Origin: Candidatus Poribacteria bacterium
GTDB lineage: Bacteria > Poribacteria > WGA-4E > PCPOR2b
Length of the DNA: 64,000 nucleotides
Assembly (NCBI GenBank): GCA_965116925.1
Contig: OZ220744.1
Span: 6,336,001 to 6,400,000 of the forward strand
Direction of reading: 5' to 3'
Shown: positions 37,976 to 49,021 of the stretch, one piece after another
Numbering within the stretch: the first letter of the stretch is position 1
How the letters are laid out: every line of letters begins with the position of its first letter
Position numbers and translations under genes: made by a program
The notes under the pieces: generated by a model
What the model was told of the DNA's origin: nothing
What the model saw: the letters and a program-made list of their open reading frames with translations, nothing else
Database searches by the model: none

Positions 37976-38869
37976 TCATTTTCCCATTTGTGCCAGAATG
38001 CCGGTCCAATTTTCTCCGTCTTTCAGTTGACGGACCTCAAGCACTCGGAAATCATTTGCCTCCAACTGCGCTTCGATCTGCGACGCCTCGTTTGCTAGAA
38101 TCCCTGACAGTATCAATCGCCCCGCCGGCTCAAGAAATTTCGGACATCTAGGAATCATCGGCAGGAGAGCTTTTGTAAGGATATTAGCGACAATGAGCGG
38201 ATATCTTTGCCTTTCAAGCACGTTCAGCCCGTCGCCCTGATGTAAACGGATAACTGATTCCACTTTGTTGAGTTGAATGTTGCTTCGAGCAATTGGAATC
38301 GTTGTCGCATCCAAATCAACAGCATCAACCCGCTTGGCACCCAACTTGGCGGCTGCAATCGCCAGGATCCCAGAGCCTGCGCCAATATCAGCGACAACCT
38401 CCTCCTCCTTTATGGCTGCTTCCAGTAATTCCAACGCAAGTTGTGTTGTGGGGTGTTGGCCTGTGCCGAATGCCATTCCCGGATCTAATCGGATCAAGAC
38501 CTCAGATGGTTCGGGCACAATATCATCCCATGTTGGTGCAATGACTAAGTGCTTTCCGATCCTTTGAGGTGGGAAGGCTGACCGCCACTGCTCTGACCAA
38601 TTAGCTTCCTCAATGGACTTTAGCGTGATCTTTGCAGGCTGCGTGTCGATCCCCGCTTGAATTAAACTGGCGAGAAATTCACGCAGATCATGGACGCGCT
38701 CACCGATGAGGTCGTCCGTTGGGAAGTAGGAGATCAGCGTGACAGCGGGAGAATTTGGGGGGAGGTTGTCTCTTATCTCGACGCCCGTTGCATCGCGTTC
38801 AAAGAGGTAGTTTGCAACAGCCTCCGACGCTTCTTGAGAAGTTGTGATTGTTACCTGAGCCCATTTCAT
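37976..38869 (-). CDS. prmA: Ribosomal protein L11 methyltransferase
   Basis: LDPGMAFGTGQHPTT, DIGAGSGIL and ANIL motifs; follows dnaJ. Confidence 0.95.
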   Translation of the reverse strand: MKWAQVTITTSQEASEAVANYLFERDATGVEIRDNLPPNSPAVTLISYFPTDDLIGERVHDLREFLASLIQAGIDTQPAKITLKSIEEANWSEQWRSAFPPQRIGKHLVIAPTWDDIVPEPSEVLIRLDPGMAFGTGQHPTTQLALELLEAAIKEEEVVADIGAGSGILAIAAAKLGAKRVDAVDLDATTIPIARSNIQLNKVESVIRLHQGDGLNVLERQRYPLIVANILTKALLPMIPRCPKFLEPAGRLILSGILANEASQIEAQLEANDFRVLEVRQLKDGENWTGILAQMGK

Positions 38870-38936
38870 AGCTCTTTGATCAGGAGGTTCACTACTGCGG
38901 CTTCACAATCCACACAAAATCGTCAACTTTCATCGT

Positions 38937-40106
38937 TTATCCGTTTTTGTCCTCGTTGTGATCATCATGGCGGTGGAAAAATTTGTCACCAAGTTTATCG
39001 AAAAAGCCTGAATGTTCTTCGCCCTCGCCTTCAGCGCGAGCCTGTACAAACGCTTCCAAAAGCTCTTTTTCGCGCTCTGTTAGGTTCTTCGGGGTTTCAA
39101 CTTGAATCTCAACAATGAGATCTCCGGAGCCGTAGTGATTGTAGTAAGGAATGCCCTTGTGGGGAATCCGTAACCTTGTGCCAAATTGTGTGCCACTGGG
39201 AATGGTGAGTGTCGTTGTGTCATCAATCGTCGGAATTTCAATTGTAGTGCCGAGTGCAGCTTGTGGGAATGAGATCGTCGCTCTCGTTACCAGATCATTA
39301 TTTTCTCGGACAAAAAGTTCGTGGGGTGCTACATGGATGATAACAAAGAGATCACCGGGCGGTCCTCCATTGACTCCCGCTTCGCCTTCCCCTCGCATCT
39401 GAATTTTAGCCCCCGTATCAACCCCTTTAGGGATACGAACCTTGATCTGACGAACGTTCCGAACCAGTCCCTGTCCACGACATTCGTTACAAGGCTTTGG
39501 AATCACCCTGCCTTCACCCTGACAGCGTGGACAGGTGCGGGACATACTAAAGAAGCCTTGTGTTCGAGTGACTTGCCCACGTCCAAAACACTCTGGACAG
39601 GTCTCCGGTTTGGATCCGACTTCGGCACCGGTGCCGTGGCAGGTTTGACAGGTTTCCAAGCGCGGGACATCAATGGTCAAGGTTTTTCCGAGCATAACGT
39701 CTTCTAAAGAGATTTCCAGATCATATTGTAGGCTCCGTCCACGCTTGGGGCCTCCCTGCCTGCGGCTAGAGCCGCCAAATCCAAAGAGATCTCCAAAATC
39801 ACCGAAGATGTCCCCGACAATATCCTCAAAATTACCGAAGTCAAATCCGCCTGCGCCCATCATTCCTTCGAGCCCTGCATGACCAAACTGGTCATAGCGG
39901 CTCCGTTTCTCGGAATCGCGCAATACCTCGTACGCTTCGGTTGCCTCTTTGAATTTTTCTTCGGCTTCTTTGTTATCAGGGTTCTTATCAGGGTGGTATT
40001 TAATTGCCAGTTTACGATAGGCTTTCTTAATCTCATCTTCGCCCGCGTTTCGACTGACATTGAGTACTTCATAGTAGTCGCGTTTTTGCGCCATGGTCTT
40101 CTCCAC
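38937..40106 (-). CDS. dnaJ: Chaperone DnaJ
   Basis: HPD J-domain, G/F region, four CxxCxGxG repeats. Confidence 0.97.
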   Translation of the reverse strand: MEKTMAQKRDYYEVLNVSRNAGEDEIKKAYRKLAIKYHPDKNPDNKEAEEKFKEATEAYEVLRDSEKRSRYDQFGHAGLEGMMGAGGFDFGNFEDIVGDIFGDFGDLFGFGGSSRRQGGPKRGRSLQYDLEISLEDVMLGKTLTIDVPRLETCQTCHGTGAEVGSKPETCPECFGRGQVTRTQGFFSMSRTCPRCQGEGRVIPKPCNECRGQGLVRNVRQIKVRIPKGVDTGAKIQMRGEGEAGVNGGPPGDLFVIIHVAPHELFVRENNDLVTRATISFPQAALGTTIEIPTIDDTTTLTIPSGTQFGTRLRIPHKGIPYYNHYGSGDLIVEIQVETPKNLTEREKELLEAFVQARAEGEGEEHSGFFDKLGDKFFHRHDDHNEDKNG

Positions 40107-42040
40107 TATTTTTTATCTGCTTTGTCGTCCGTGTTTTCGTCAACAACTTCCGCTTCAGCGTCAACAACAGTTTCGTCCGATGTTTCTGCTTCTGTGGTCG
40201 CATCTTCTGTTTCCGCTGTTGCCTCGGATTCGGCTGCTGCTTGGGCATACATTACTTCTGCTAATTTGTGACTTGCCTGCGTCAGCGCATCGGTTTCCGC
40301 CCTAATGGCTTCGATGTCATTTCCGTTCAATGTTTCCCTTAATTTTGCGATCGCACTTTGGACTTCGTTACGATCTGCTTCAGAGATCTGATCCTCATAT
40401 TCGTTGAGGGACTTTTCCGTGCTATAGATTAGCGAGTCGGCATTGTTGCGTGCCTCGGCTTCCTCTTTCTTTTGTGAATCTTCTTCGGCATGTTCTGCGG
40501 CGTCTGTAACCATCTGCTCGATTTCCGCGTCGGACAAGCCGCCTGAGGATTCGATCCGAATTTTCTGCTCTTTCCCTGTCCCAAGATCTTTCGCAGAAAC
40601 ATGCACAATGCCATTCGCATCAATATCAAATGTCACATCGATCTGTGGCGTTCCACGCGGTGCTGGAGGAATACCTATCAGATCAAATCGACCTAACGTG
40701 CGATTATAGGCTGCCATATCACGCTCGCCCTGGAGCACATGTATGCTCACAGCTTCTTGGTTATCTGAAGCGGTTGAAAAGGTTTGGCTCTTCTTAGTCG
40801 GGATGGTGGTGTTTCGTTCGATCAGGCGTGTGAAGACACCGCCAAGTGTTTCGATGCCGAGTGAAAGGGGGGTGACATCAAGTAGCAGCACATCCTTAAC
40901 CCCTTCATCGCCGGATAAGACCCCCCCTTGGATTGCTGCCCCAATGGCAACCACTTCATCGGGATTGACCCCTTTGTGCGGCTCCTTACCGAAAAACTGC
41001 TGAACTGCTTCCTGTACCTTTGGCATCCGTGTCTGACCGCCGACTAGTACCACTTCGTCAATGTCCGATGCGCGTAGCTCGGCATCAGCAAGGGCTTGGC
41101 GACACGGTTCAATTGCCCGATCAATCAGGTCTGCGGTAAGTTGCTCCAGTTTCGCCCGCGTGAGCGTTAGATTCAGATGCTTGGGTCCACTTGCGTCTGC
41201 GGTAATGAAAGGCAGATTAATCTCTGACTGTAGTGCCGTTGATAATTCACACTTTGCCTTTTCCGCTGCTTCCCTCAAGCGTTGGAGCGACATTGGGTCT
41301 TGCCGCAAATCTATGCCGTTCTCGTTAAGAAATTCTTCGGCTAACCAATCGACAATTTTCTCATCGAAGTCATCGCCCCCCAAGTGTGTATCCCCGTTTG
41401 TGCTTTTGACCTCGAAAATGCCTTCGCCAATCTCAAGGATTGAGATGTCAAAGGTGCCGCCGCCTAAATCGTAAACGGCAATTTTCTGATCCGTTTTTTT
41501 GTCTAACCCATAAGCGAGGGAGGCGGCTGTCGGTTCGTTAATGATTCGCAGTACTTCAAGTCCAGCGATTTGCCCGGCGTCTTTGGTGGCTTGACGTTGT
41601 GCATCATTAAAATATGCAGGAACCGTGATGACAGCTTGCGTAACCGTTTCACCGAGGTACGCTTCCGCTGTCTCCTTCATTTTACGCAAAACGAGTCCTG
41701 AAATCTCAGGAGGCGCGTGCTCACGATCATCAATCTTGACTCTCGCTTCACTACCGCTTCCCTCAATTACCGCATAGGGCACCCGCTGCATTTCTTCACT
41801 AACTTCATTATAGCGTCTCCCCATGAAACGTTTGACCGACGAGACGGTGTTCTGGGGGTTTGTTACCGCTTGCCGTTTCGCAACCTGTCCAACAATCCGC
41901 TCACCCTCTTTCGTAAAGGCGACAACAGAAGGGGTGGTGCGATTACCTTCAGCATTTTCGAGTACCTTCGGTTCTCCGCTTTCTAAAACTGCGACACACG
42001 AATTCGTTGTACCGAGGTCTATGCCGATTACCTTACTCAT
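40106..42040 (-). CDS. dnaK: Chaperone DnaK
   Basis: [22 protein letters not shown] and DLGGGTFD motifs. Start trimmed to ATG 42040. Confidence 0.98.
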   Translation of the reverse strand: MSKVIGIDLGTTNSCVAVLESGEPKVLENAEGNRTTPSVVAFTKEGERIVGQVAKRQAVTNPQNTVSSVKRFMGRRYNEVSEEMQRVPYAVIEGSGSEARVKIDDREHAPPEISGLVLRKMKETAEAYLGETVTQAVITVPAYFNDAQRQATKDAGQIAGLEVLRIINEPTAASLAYGLDKKTDQKIAVYDLGGGTFDISILEIGEGIFEVKSTNGDTHLGGDDFDEKIVDWLAEEFLNENGIDLRQDPMSLQRLREAAEKAKCELSTALQSEINLPFITADASGPKHLNLTLTRAKLEQLTADLIDRAIEPCRQALADAELRASDIDEVVLVGGQTRMPKVQEAVQQFFGKEPHKGVNPDEVVAIGAAIQGGVLSGDEGVKDVLLLDVTPLSLGIETLGGVFTRLIERNTTIPTKKSQTFSTASDNQEAVSIHVLQGERDMAAYNRTLGRFDLIGIPPAPRGTPQIDVTFDIDANGIVHVSAKDLGTGKEQKIRIESSGGLSDAEIEQMVTDAAEHAEEDSQKKEEAEARNNADSLIYSTEKSLNEYEDQISEADRNEVQSAIAKLRETLNGNDIEAIRAETDALTQASHKLAEVMYAQAAAESEATAETEDATTEAETSDETVVDAEAEVVDENTDDKADKK

Positions 42041-42701
42041 TCGATTCTTCCTCCTCGATGCTCGGGACTTCACTTTCCGCAACCTGTTCGCTTTTTCCCT
42101 TAGAAACCGAAACCATCGATGGGCGAATCACGCGATTGTGTAACATATATCCTTTCTGCCACTCTTCAATGACGTTATTTTCGGGAACCTCTTCCGATTC
42201 AACGTGCATCACCGCTTCATGTTGCATGGGATCGAACGGTTCATTGACGGCTTCAATTGGAGTTACGCCGCGCTTTTCGAGGAGGCTGAGAATGCCCTTG
42301 TAGATCATCTCAACTCCCTCGGCAAGGGCGTCAACATCTTGGGATTCTTTTGTCGACTGGATTGCTCTTTCGATACTGTCTATCGTCGGGATTAGTTCTT
42401 TTACGAAGCTTTCAAGTGCGTATTTTAAGGATTCCTCTTTCTCGCGTTCAGCTCGTTTTTTTGAGTTATCAAACTCCGCGATTGTGCGGAGCATCTGGTC
42501 GTGTTGCTTCTCGGACTCAACTTTATATGCTTCATATTCGGCTGTGAGATTGGCAAGTGCCTCTGCTTCGGGTGAGTCCTCCGATTCAGCACCCACACTG
42601 GACTCTGCTGAGGCATCGTTGGTCGGTGGATTCTCTGCCTCCTCCGAATTGGCTGTTTCTATTTCTTGTTCTTCCACATCTGTGTTTTTTTCTTCTGACA
42701 T
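42033..42701 (-). CDS. grpE: Nucleotide exchange factor GrpE
   Basis: [17 protein letters not shown] and [14 protein letters not shown] motifs. Confidence 0.96.
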   Translation of the reverse strand: MSEEKNTDVEEQEIETANSEEAENPPTNDASAESSVGAESEDSPEAEALANLTAEYEAYKVESEKQHDQMLRTIAEFDNSKKRAEREKEESLKYALESFVKELIPTIDSIERAIQSTKESQDVDALAEGVEMIYKGILSLLEKRGVTPIEAVNEPFDPMQHEAVMHVESEEVPENNVIEEWQKGYMLHNRVIRPSMVSVSKGKSEQVAESEVPSIEEEESNE

Positions 42702-42754
42702 ACGTATGACCTTTCTAAGGAATAGCTAAAAATAACAGTTACATGTTGCTAACA

Positions 42755-43783
42755 CTAAAGTGATTCTTCAAACAATTCGCTAACCATCTGGGAAGTAAAT
42801 TTGACAATTGATACGATGCGTGGATACGCCATCCGGGTCGGTCCGATAACGCCTATTGTTCCAAAGTGATTCCCGCGCACCCGGTAGCTTGATCTGACGA
42901 TACTGCACATTTCCATGCCTTCACAGCCGTTTTCACTGCCGATAAGCACCTGAATTCCGAGGGGGTCTTGCCGGGTGGCTAGCAGGTCGGCGATCTGCTC
43001 CTTTTGTTCCAAAACCCGAAATAGCGATTCTATCTTCTGAACTTCTCCAAACTCGGGATGACTGAAGAAGTTGGAAGTACCGTCGATGTAAACATGAGTT
43101 TCCTGCTCTAGTGCAAAAGTATTCCGCGTAACAGTTGCTATTGGGTCGGACAGGTGTTGATCGAAAACAGCCCTTAATTTTGCAGGATCTTGTGAAATCT
43201 GCCGTATCTGCTTCAACGGTAGCCCTGCTAACCTTTCATTTAATATCTGGTTTATCCGGTAGAGTTCCTCATCGGACAGATCTTTAGGGATGGAAACGAC
43301 CTGATTTTTAACGGCTCCCGAAGCCATCAATAAAACTGCAAGTATATGCTCGCTATCAATCGAGATAAGTTCAAGGCGGCGTAGGATACTCTCATGCAGC
43401 TCTGGACTCAAGACGACGCCGATATGATGGGAAATCGCAGACAGAATCTTGGATGTCTGCTCCATAATCTCTTCAAAATCACGCCGAGATGAGGCATATC
43501 CATCTCGGATAAATTGCTTTTCCCTTCGACTCAACTTTTGGGCGGTCATCAGGTTATCAACGTAGACACGATACCCTTGCTCCGTCGGAATGCGCCCGGC
43601 GGAGGTGTGCGGATGCGTCAGATAGCCAAATTCCTCCAGATCCGCCATAGTATTCCGCAGCGTCGCCGCACTTAACCCCATGTCATAGTCCTGCACAATT
43701 TTCTGTGAACTGACAGGTTCTGCTGTCCGGTTATAGCAATCGATAATTGCTTCTAAAACGGCATGTTTTCGAGAGTCCAGCAT
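42755..43783 (-). CDS. hrcA: Heat-inducible transcription repressor HrcA
   Basis: SAATLRNTMADLE..GYL.HPHTSAGRIPT and GVIGPTRM.Y motifs. Confidence 0.96.
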   Translation of the reverse strand: MLDSRKHAVLEAIIDCYNRTAEPVSSQKIVQDYDMGLSAATLRNTMADLEEFGYLTHPHTSAGRIPTEQGYRVYVDNLMTAQKLSRREKQFIRDGYASSRRDFEEIMEQTSKILSAISHHIGVVLSPELHESILRRLELISIDSEHILAVLLMASGAVKNQVVSIPKDLSDEELYRINQILNERLAGLPLKQIRQISQDPAKLRAVFDQHLSDPIATVTRNTFALEQETHVYIDGTSNFFSHPEFGEVQKIESLFRVLEQKEQIADLLATRQDPLGIQVLIGSENGCEGMEMCSIVRSSYRVRGNHFGTIGVIGPTRMAYPRIVSIVKFTSQMVSELFEESL

Positions 43784-43824
43784 AGGAGTTATCAACAGGA
43801 TCGCCTCAATTCGCAGCGTTTTTT

Positions 43825-43851
43825 TTAGCACTCTGTTCTTGAGAGTGCTAA
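43825..43851. promoter_or_regulatory. CIRCE operator
   Basis: Perfect TTAGCACTC-N9-GAGTGCTAA upstream of hrcA. A minus-strand TTGACA lies at 43882-43887. Confidence 0.97.
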
Positions 43852-43978
43852 TGAATTAAACTACCATTTTTCAGGGGGATTTGTCAAGCAAAAAGGAAAC
43901 GTAGCAGATGGGAAACTGGTTACGTCGGGAGTTTCAGAACAATCCGCTGGCTGCAGAAATCCGCAAGAACAGAAAGAA

Positions 43979-44017
43979 AAACAGCCTGAAACCGGGCTAA
44001 CAATTTCAGGCTGTTTG
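43979..44017 (-). terminator. Rho-independent terminator after the oxidoreductase operon
   Basis: AAACAGCCTGAAA ... TTTCAGGCTGTTT stem with a T-rich tail on the minus strand. Confidence 0.7.
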
Positions 44018-44068
44018 CAGATTGTGATTGATATAGATTGTGTTACGCTGAATGCCTCACGGACTGGC

Positions 44069-44968
44069 TTACATCATCTGTTTGACGATGGATTCGCCTT
44101 GCTCCTTTGTAATGGCGAGATCCGTCTTTCTGCCGAGCGCGCCGTCCTGTAGGACCGGTTCAAGGTCTTCCAGCGCGTCACGGGTGGTGTCCTCATAAAA
44201 CAGACCGATAGGAATCTCATCGCCCCAAATCATTGCTTGTTGAAGCGCAGCTTGCATATCGGTGGGATCATGTCCTTCCTCTTCAAGTTTATTCACACGC
44301 TGCTTGAAGAAAGCGAAGGTATTGTCCTTATTAAAGGTGATACAGGGACTGAAGACATCCAGGAGTGCAAATCCGTTATGCTCGATCCCTCTATACATCA
44401 ATTCGGAGAGGTGTTTCGTGTCGCCGCTGAACCCGCGTGCCACATAAGTCGCGCCTGAGAGGATCGCCAACGCGAGTGGGTTCAGGGGTTGTTCGACACT
44501 ACCAAAGGGGGTGCTCTTCGTCTTCATGCCCATTCGGCTTGTCGGCGAGGTTTGACCAATGGTCAATCCGTAGATCTGGTTGTTCATCACAATGTACAAG
44601 ACATCAATATTGCGGCGAACTGTGTGGAGGAAATGATTTCCGCCTATACCATATCCATCGCCATCGCCCCCTGTGACGATGACTTTCATCTCATGATTGG
44701 AGAGTTTCATACCTGTTGCCACAGCAAGTGATCGTCCGTGCAGGGTATGCATCCCATAGGTGTTGATGAATCCGGGGAGGTTGGATGAACACCCAATCCC
44801 GCTAATCGTGATAAAGTCATGCGGTTCGCGCCCCGTTTTGGCGCAAGCCATTTCAAGGGCTCTCAATACACCGAAATCACCACAACCGGGGCACCAATCT
44901 GGGGAAATGCTTCCCTTAAAATCTTTCGCTGTTGGAGCCGCCTTTATAGGCTTTGCATCGTTTGCCAT
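44069..44968 (-). CDS. korB: 2-oxoacid:ferredoxin oxidoreductase beta subunit
   Basis: WCPGCGDF, SGIGCS, LHGR, GDGD...NNQIYGLT.GQ.SPT and SPC motifs. Substrate specificity not determined. Confidence 0.92.
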   Translation of the reverse strand: MANDAKPIKAAPTAKDFKGSISPDWCPGCGDFGVLRALEMACAKTGREPHDFITISGIGCSSNLPGFINTYGMHTLHGRSLAVATGMKLSNHEMKVIVTGGDGDGYGIGGNHFLHTVRRNIDVLYIVMNNQIYGLTIGQTSPTSRMGMKTKSTPFGSVEQPLNPLALAILSGATYVARGFSGDTKHLSELMYRGIEHNGFALLDVFSPCITFNKDNTFAFFKQRVNKLEEEGHDPTDMQAALQQAMIWGDEIPIGLFYEDTTRDALEDLEPVLQDGALGRKTDLAITKEQGESIVKQMM

Positions 44969-44979
44969 CTTATTCCTCC

Positions 44980-46761
44980 TTATACTACAATTTCTTGATA
45001 CGGGATATACAACTCGGTCTTACCAGCCTCAATCTCTTTGGCACCATCAACGATATGGTGTGGCATAAATGGCTCACCATCATATTTACGAATATGGCCA
45101 TCAGCCTTGAAGCCGGTTTCGCCACGCAGGAAGCGAGCAAACTGACCGGTATAATTACCTTCAACAACAATACCGTGCTTACACTTTGAGAGTACCTGAT
45201 TCACCTTCTCTTCGTCCAGCGGATAGAGCCAGCGGAAGTGAATATGGTTCGTGCTGTACCCTTCTGCTCTGAGCAGACTTGCCGCTTCGTCGATGAGGCT
45301 GTCTGTGGAACCCCAACCAATCAAGGTAAGTTCTGCATCTTCAGGACCCGTGAGCGTGGGAGCTGGCAAATCAGCCATAATACCATCCATCTTACGCTGA
45401 CGTTTTTCCATGATGTCCCGACGTTTGTGCGGATTTGTGAACTCGTCACTGATCAATACGCCATCTTCATCGTGGTCATCCGTTGCCACAACATGGACAT
45501 GCCCTGGTGTTCCGGGCAATGCTCGTGGAGAAATACCGCTCTCCGTAATCTTAAACCGCTGATACTTATCGTCTGAACCGTTTTCTTCGGTGATGATCTC
45601 GCCCCGATCGATTTTCTGCTCCCACTTAATAAGGTCTGGATCGATATTTGTGTATCCCATGGAGAGTGTGAGATCGGAAAGTACCATCCCCGGGCACTGA
45701 TATTTATCGGCTAAATTGAAGAGTTCTGGAATCACATCGAAGCCATCAACGATACTGGTTGGCGCGACAATAATTTTTGGGAAGTCGCCTTGGCTGGCAC
45801 CAAGCAGCTGCCACAGGTCGCCTTGTTCGGTCTTGGTCGGTAGCCCAGTGGAGGGCCCGCCGCGTTGGACGTTAATAAAAACTACCGGAATTTCCATCAT
45901 ACCGGCACTTCCGATAGCCTCGGTCATCAGCGCGAAACCGCCGCCGGAGGTTGCACACATCGCACGACATCCACCGTGGGCAGCGCCGATTGCCATATTC
46001 GCGACACCGATTTCGTCCTCAACCTGCCGAACCATGATTCCCAAGTCGCGGGCATTGGCAGCCATCCAGTGCAATACACCGGTCGAAGGACTCATCGGGT
46101 AGGCACAATAGAATTTAACCCCAGCTGCTGCGCCCCCCATTGCCATCATGTCGTTGCCGGTTGTCACCGCTAGCGGTTTGTCTTGCATTGGCAGTGATGT
46201 AGGGAACGGTGTGAAATGTTCAGCAGCATGGTCAAACCCTGCTCTAGCGATACCGACGTTTTCGTCGACAACTGCCTGACCTTTTCGCTGGAACTGGATC
46301 GTTAAAATATTCTCCAACTGTTCCAAGCCAGCACCCAGCATATTAAGCGCGGCACCGAGCAGCAGCGTATTCAGCATGATCCGGTTTCGGCTGTTGTTGG
46401 ACAACTCCTTAAAGGAGAGCGGACATAACTGAACGCCCTCGGGGACATCTGCTTCTGGCTTCGTATTGTCGCTGTTGTAAAGAATCGCCCCACCGGGGAC
46501 AACGTTCTGAAGATGCTTGTCCATTGCGTCTTGGTTCAACGCAATGACCAAATCAATCTTATCACCATGGTTAGCAATGGGTTCGGAGCAGAGCCGCATG
46601 GTTAAAAAGGTGTGGCCTCCACGGATGAGGGATTGGTAGGCACTATAAGTGAACGCATAGATGCCACGACGTGCACAAATCCTCAACAGTAACGGTCCAC
46701 TACTCTCAATACCCTGGCCGGGTGCTCCACCCATACCAATGGCAAAATCGTAATTTCCCAT
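44980..46761 (-). CDS. korA: 2-oxoacid:ferredoxin oxidoreductase alpha subunit (gamma-alpha fused)
   Basis: GAPGQG, IRGGH, YPMSP, QVEDEI, TSGGGFALM and QRGGPSTGLPTK motifs. Confidence 0.92.
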   Translation of the reverse strand: MGNYDFAIGMGGAPGQGIESSGPLLLRICARRGIYAFTYSAYQSLIRGGHTFLTMRLCSEPIANHGDKIDLVIALNQDAMDKHLQNVVPGGAILYNSDNTKPEADVPEGVQLCPLSFKELSNNSRNRIMLNTLLLGAALNMLGAGLEQLENILTIQFQRKGQAVVDENVGIARAGFDHAAEHFTPFPTSLPMQDKPLAVTTGNDMMAMGGAAAGVKFYCAYPMSPSTGVLHWMAANARDLGIMVRQVEDEIGVANMAIGAAHGGCRAMCATSGGGFALMTEAIGSAGMMEIPVVFINVQRGGPSTGLPTKTEQGDLWQLLGASQGDFPKIIVAPTSIVDGFDVIPELFNLADKYQCPGMVLSDLTLSMGYTNIDPDLIKWEQKIDRGEIITEENGSDDKYQRFKITESGISPRALPGTPGHVHVVATDDHDEDGVLISDEFTNPHKRRDIMEKRQRKMDGIMADLPAPTLTGPEDAELTLIGWGSTDSLIDEAASLLRAEGYSTNHIHFRWLYPLDEEKVNQVLSKCKHGIVVEGNYTGQFARFLRGETGFKADGHIRKYDGEPFMPHHIVDGAKEIEAGKTELYIPYQEIVV

Positions 46762-47069
46762 TTTATATCCTTTCTATCATAGGTTTTCCACCTATTTGAA
46801 AACCGCAAATTAACAAAGCCAAATTTCCCCTGTGTCGTGAGGGAGGAGAAATTTGCTTCTGACTATACCAAATTCAGGAGTGCTGTTCAAAAATTGGTTG
46901 AATATTTAAGTGAATACAAGTTTTTATAGTTGAATTAGGTCTGGACAGCAAAAAACCATATTAAGCATACCACATCCTACCTTATTTTTCAAATGAATTC
47001 TATACAACTAGCGACATCCCGTGCGTCCGTTGAGGGAAGATGTTTTCTTTTCAAGCCCCAATTTTAATT

Positions 47070-47663
47070 TCACAGCTCGCCCAACGCTTTTTCTGCTTCA
47101 GGTGTTCCAATTTCTGACAACGCAAAAGCGACATGTTCGCGGACTCGATCGGATTCATCAGTCAAGGTGGCTATCAGAGCCGGCACAGCGTCGCTCGCAG
47201 CCTCACCGACATTTGCCAGTCCAATCGCGGCGTAGGTGCGAATATCTATTTCATCGTCGCCGAGTGCCCGAATCAGAGCCGGTACAACAGCTTGGGTAGA
47301 CTGTGCAATGGTGCTCAATGCGCGGACAGCATATTCGCGGACGGGGTCATAGGTGTCGTTTAATGCCTCAATTAAAGCCGGAACGGCAGGTTCTCCAATT
47401 CGAGCGACGGCGTCGGATGCGTTGAGCGCGACATGCCTGAATTCATGAGCAAACGTATCTATCAAAGCGGGAACGGCGGGTTCTCCAATCTGTGCTAGGG
47501 CGTCAGCTGCACCATCGCACACATCCCAAATCACGTTTTCTAACGCCGCTATCAGATCAGTCACCGCAGATTCACCAATCTCAACCAAGGCTGCAATCGT
47601 CGCTTCTCGATCCTCGTCATATTCCAACTGTTCAATCAATTCATCAATATCGTAATCTTCCAT
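47070..47663 (-). CDS. HEAT/PBS-lyase repeat protein
   Basis: Repeated IGEPAVPALI-x-x-L units. Confidence 0.88.
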   Translation of the reverse strand: MEDYDIDELIEQLEYDEDREATIAALVEIGESAVTDLIAALENVIWDVCDGAADALAQIGEPAVPALIDTFAHEFRHVALNASDAVARIGEPAVPALIEALNDTYDPVREYAVRALSTIAQSTQAVVPALIRALGDDEIDIRTYAAIGLANVGEAASDAVPALIATLTDESDRVREHVAFALSEIGTPEAEKALGEL

Positions 47664-47726
47664 AAAATATCCTTAGCAGCGTCTGCTGACGGAATTACCT
47701 TCTTTTCTTCAGTTTAGACGTTTCGT

Positions 47727-48845
47727 TCATCCTTCCAGTGCGAGTAAAAAAGGATTTTCCAACACGTCAATCAACCGACGCAAAAAACGGGCTGCATCGG
47801 CACCATCAATCAAGCGATGGTCGTAGGAAAGGGCAAGCGGCAACATTAGACGCGGCTGAAATTGGTCGTTGATAAATACCGGTTCAATCTGACTGCGGGA
47901 AACACCGAGAATAGCAACTTCGGGGTAGTTGATTATCGGGGCAAAGTTTGTCCCACCGACATTGCCAAGGTTGCTTATCGTGAAGGTTCCGCCCTGCATC
48001 TCTTCCAAACCGAGTTTCCTATTTCTTGCCTTCTCCGCTGCCTGATTCAACTCAGTTGCTAATTCGGTAATGTTTTTCTGATCGACATTGCGGATAACGG
48101 GTACTAGAAGCCCTTGTGGCGTGTCCACTGCTACACCGATATGATAATATCTCTTGTAGATAATCTCTGCTCTATCCATATCCACGCTTGTGCAGAACTG
48201 CGGGAACTGTTTCAACGTGCCTGCAGCAATTTTGAGGAGTATTGCTGTGATGGTGAGTTTGCCGCCGGCAGTCTCAACTTTTGAGCCGTACTGTTTTCGG
48301 AGTTTTTCTAGCTCTGTGATGTCCGCCTTATCGAAATTCGTGACATGCGGAATCATCCCCCAAGCGGTAGCCATATGTTTCGCGGTGGCACGGCGTATCC
48401 CTCCCATCGCTACCCGCTCAATTTCGCCCCATTTCGAGAAATCAAGTAGCGTTTCAGCGGTTTCAGTGGGTGGTTGCGCTTTGGCTGCTGCAATGGTTGG
48501 TATCTCTTCCCGTTTTTCCACGCTGGCAGGTGGAGGCGACGCCACCTTGGGAACAGGAGTCGTTTTCTGCGGTGTCATTAAGGGTTTGGGCCCTTCTTCG
48601 CCCGTTCCCTCCGTGTCAACCGTGAGAATCGGCTTTCCAACCTCCACGATTCCACCTTCCTCCACATGAATCGCCGTGATGGTGCCGCTGATGGAAGAGG
48701 GTATTTCGATAGCAGCCTTATCTGTTTCAATCTCTAGGACCGGTTGATCCACTTCGATTGTGTCTCCGACAGACACTAGCAGGGCAACGACATCGCCGGC
48801 GTCAATGTCTTCTCCGAGTTCGGGGAGGTTAAATTCGATTGTCAT
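47727..48845 (-). CDS. 2-oxoacid dehydrogenase E2 (dihydrolipoamide acyltransferase), one lipoyl domain
   Basis: ETDKA lipoyl Lys, GGTFTISNLG and SYDHRLIDG motifs. Start trimmed to MTIEF. Confidence 0.92.
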   Translation of the reverse strand: MTIEFNLPELGEDIDAGDVVALLVSVGDTIEVDQPVLEIETDKAAIEIPSSISGTITAIHVEEGGIVEVGKPILTVDTEGTGEEGPKPLMTPQKTTPVPKVASPPPASVEKREEIPTIAAAKAQPPTETAETLLDFSKWGEIERVAMGGIRRATAKHMATAWGMIPHVTNFDKADITELEKLRKQYGSKVETAGGKLTITAILLKIAAGTLKQFPQFCTSVDMDRAEIIYKRYYHIGVAVDTPQGLLVPVIRNVDQKNITELATELNQAAEKARNRKLGLEEMQGGTFTISNLGNVGGTNFAPIINYPEVAILGVSRSQIEPVFINDQFQPRLMLPLALSYDHRLIDGADAARFLRRLIDVLENPFLLALEG

Positions 48846-49021
48846 ATCTGTTACCCGTAGAATATGAAACGTGAAAGGTGAGATGTGAAAGGCGGAAACC
48901 ATTGGTTCATTGGTACGGTCCGGCCTACCGTTACGGCGTTGGGTTTTAGAGCTCCGGTTCAACCCAATCTACGTGCGGCACGGTTGTCGCACCACTGAGG
49001 CTATGGATCGGGTGAGACGGC

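Noticed and set aside
46762..47069. Riboswitch or ncRNA upstream of the oxidoreductase operon
   Set aside because: Only one hairpin (about 46821-46855) is visible and no recognisable aptamer consensus; an Rfam scan would be needed.
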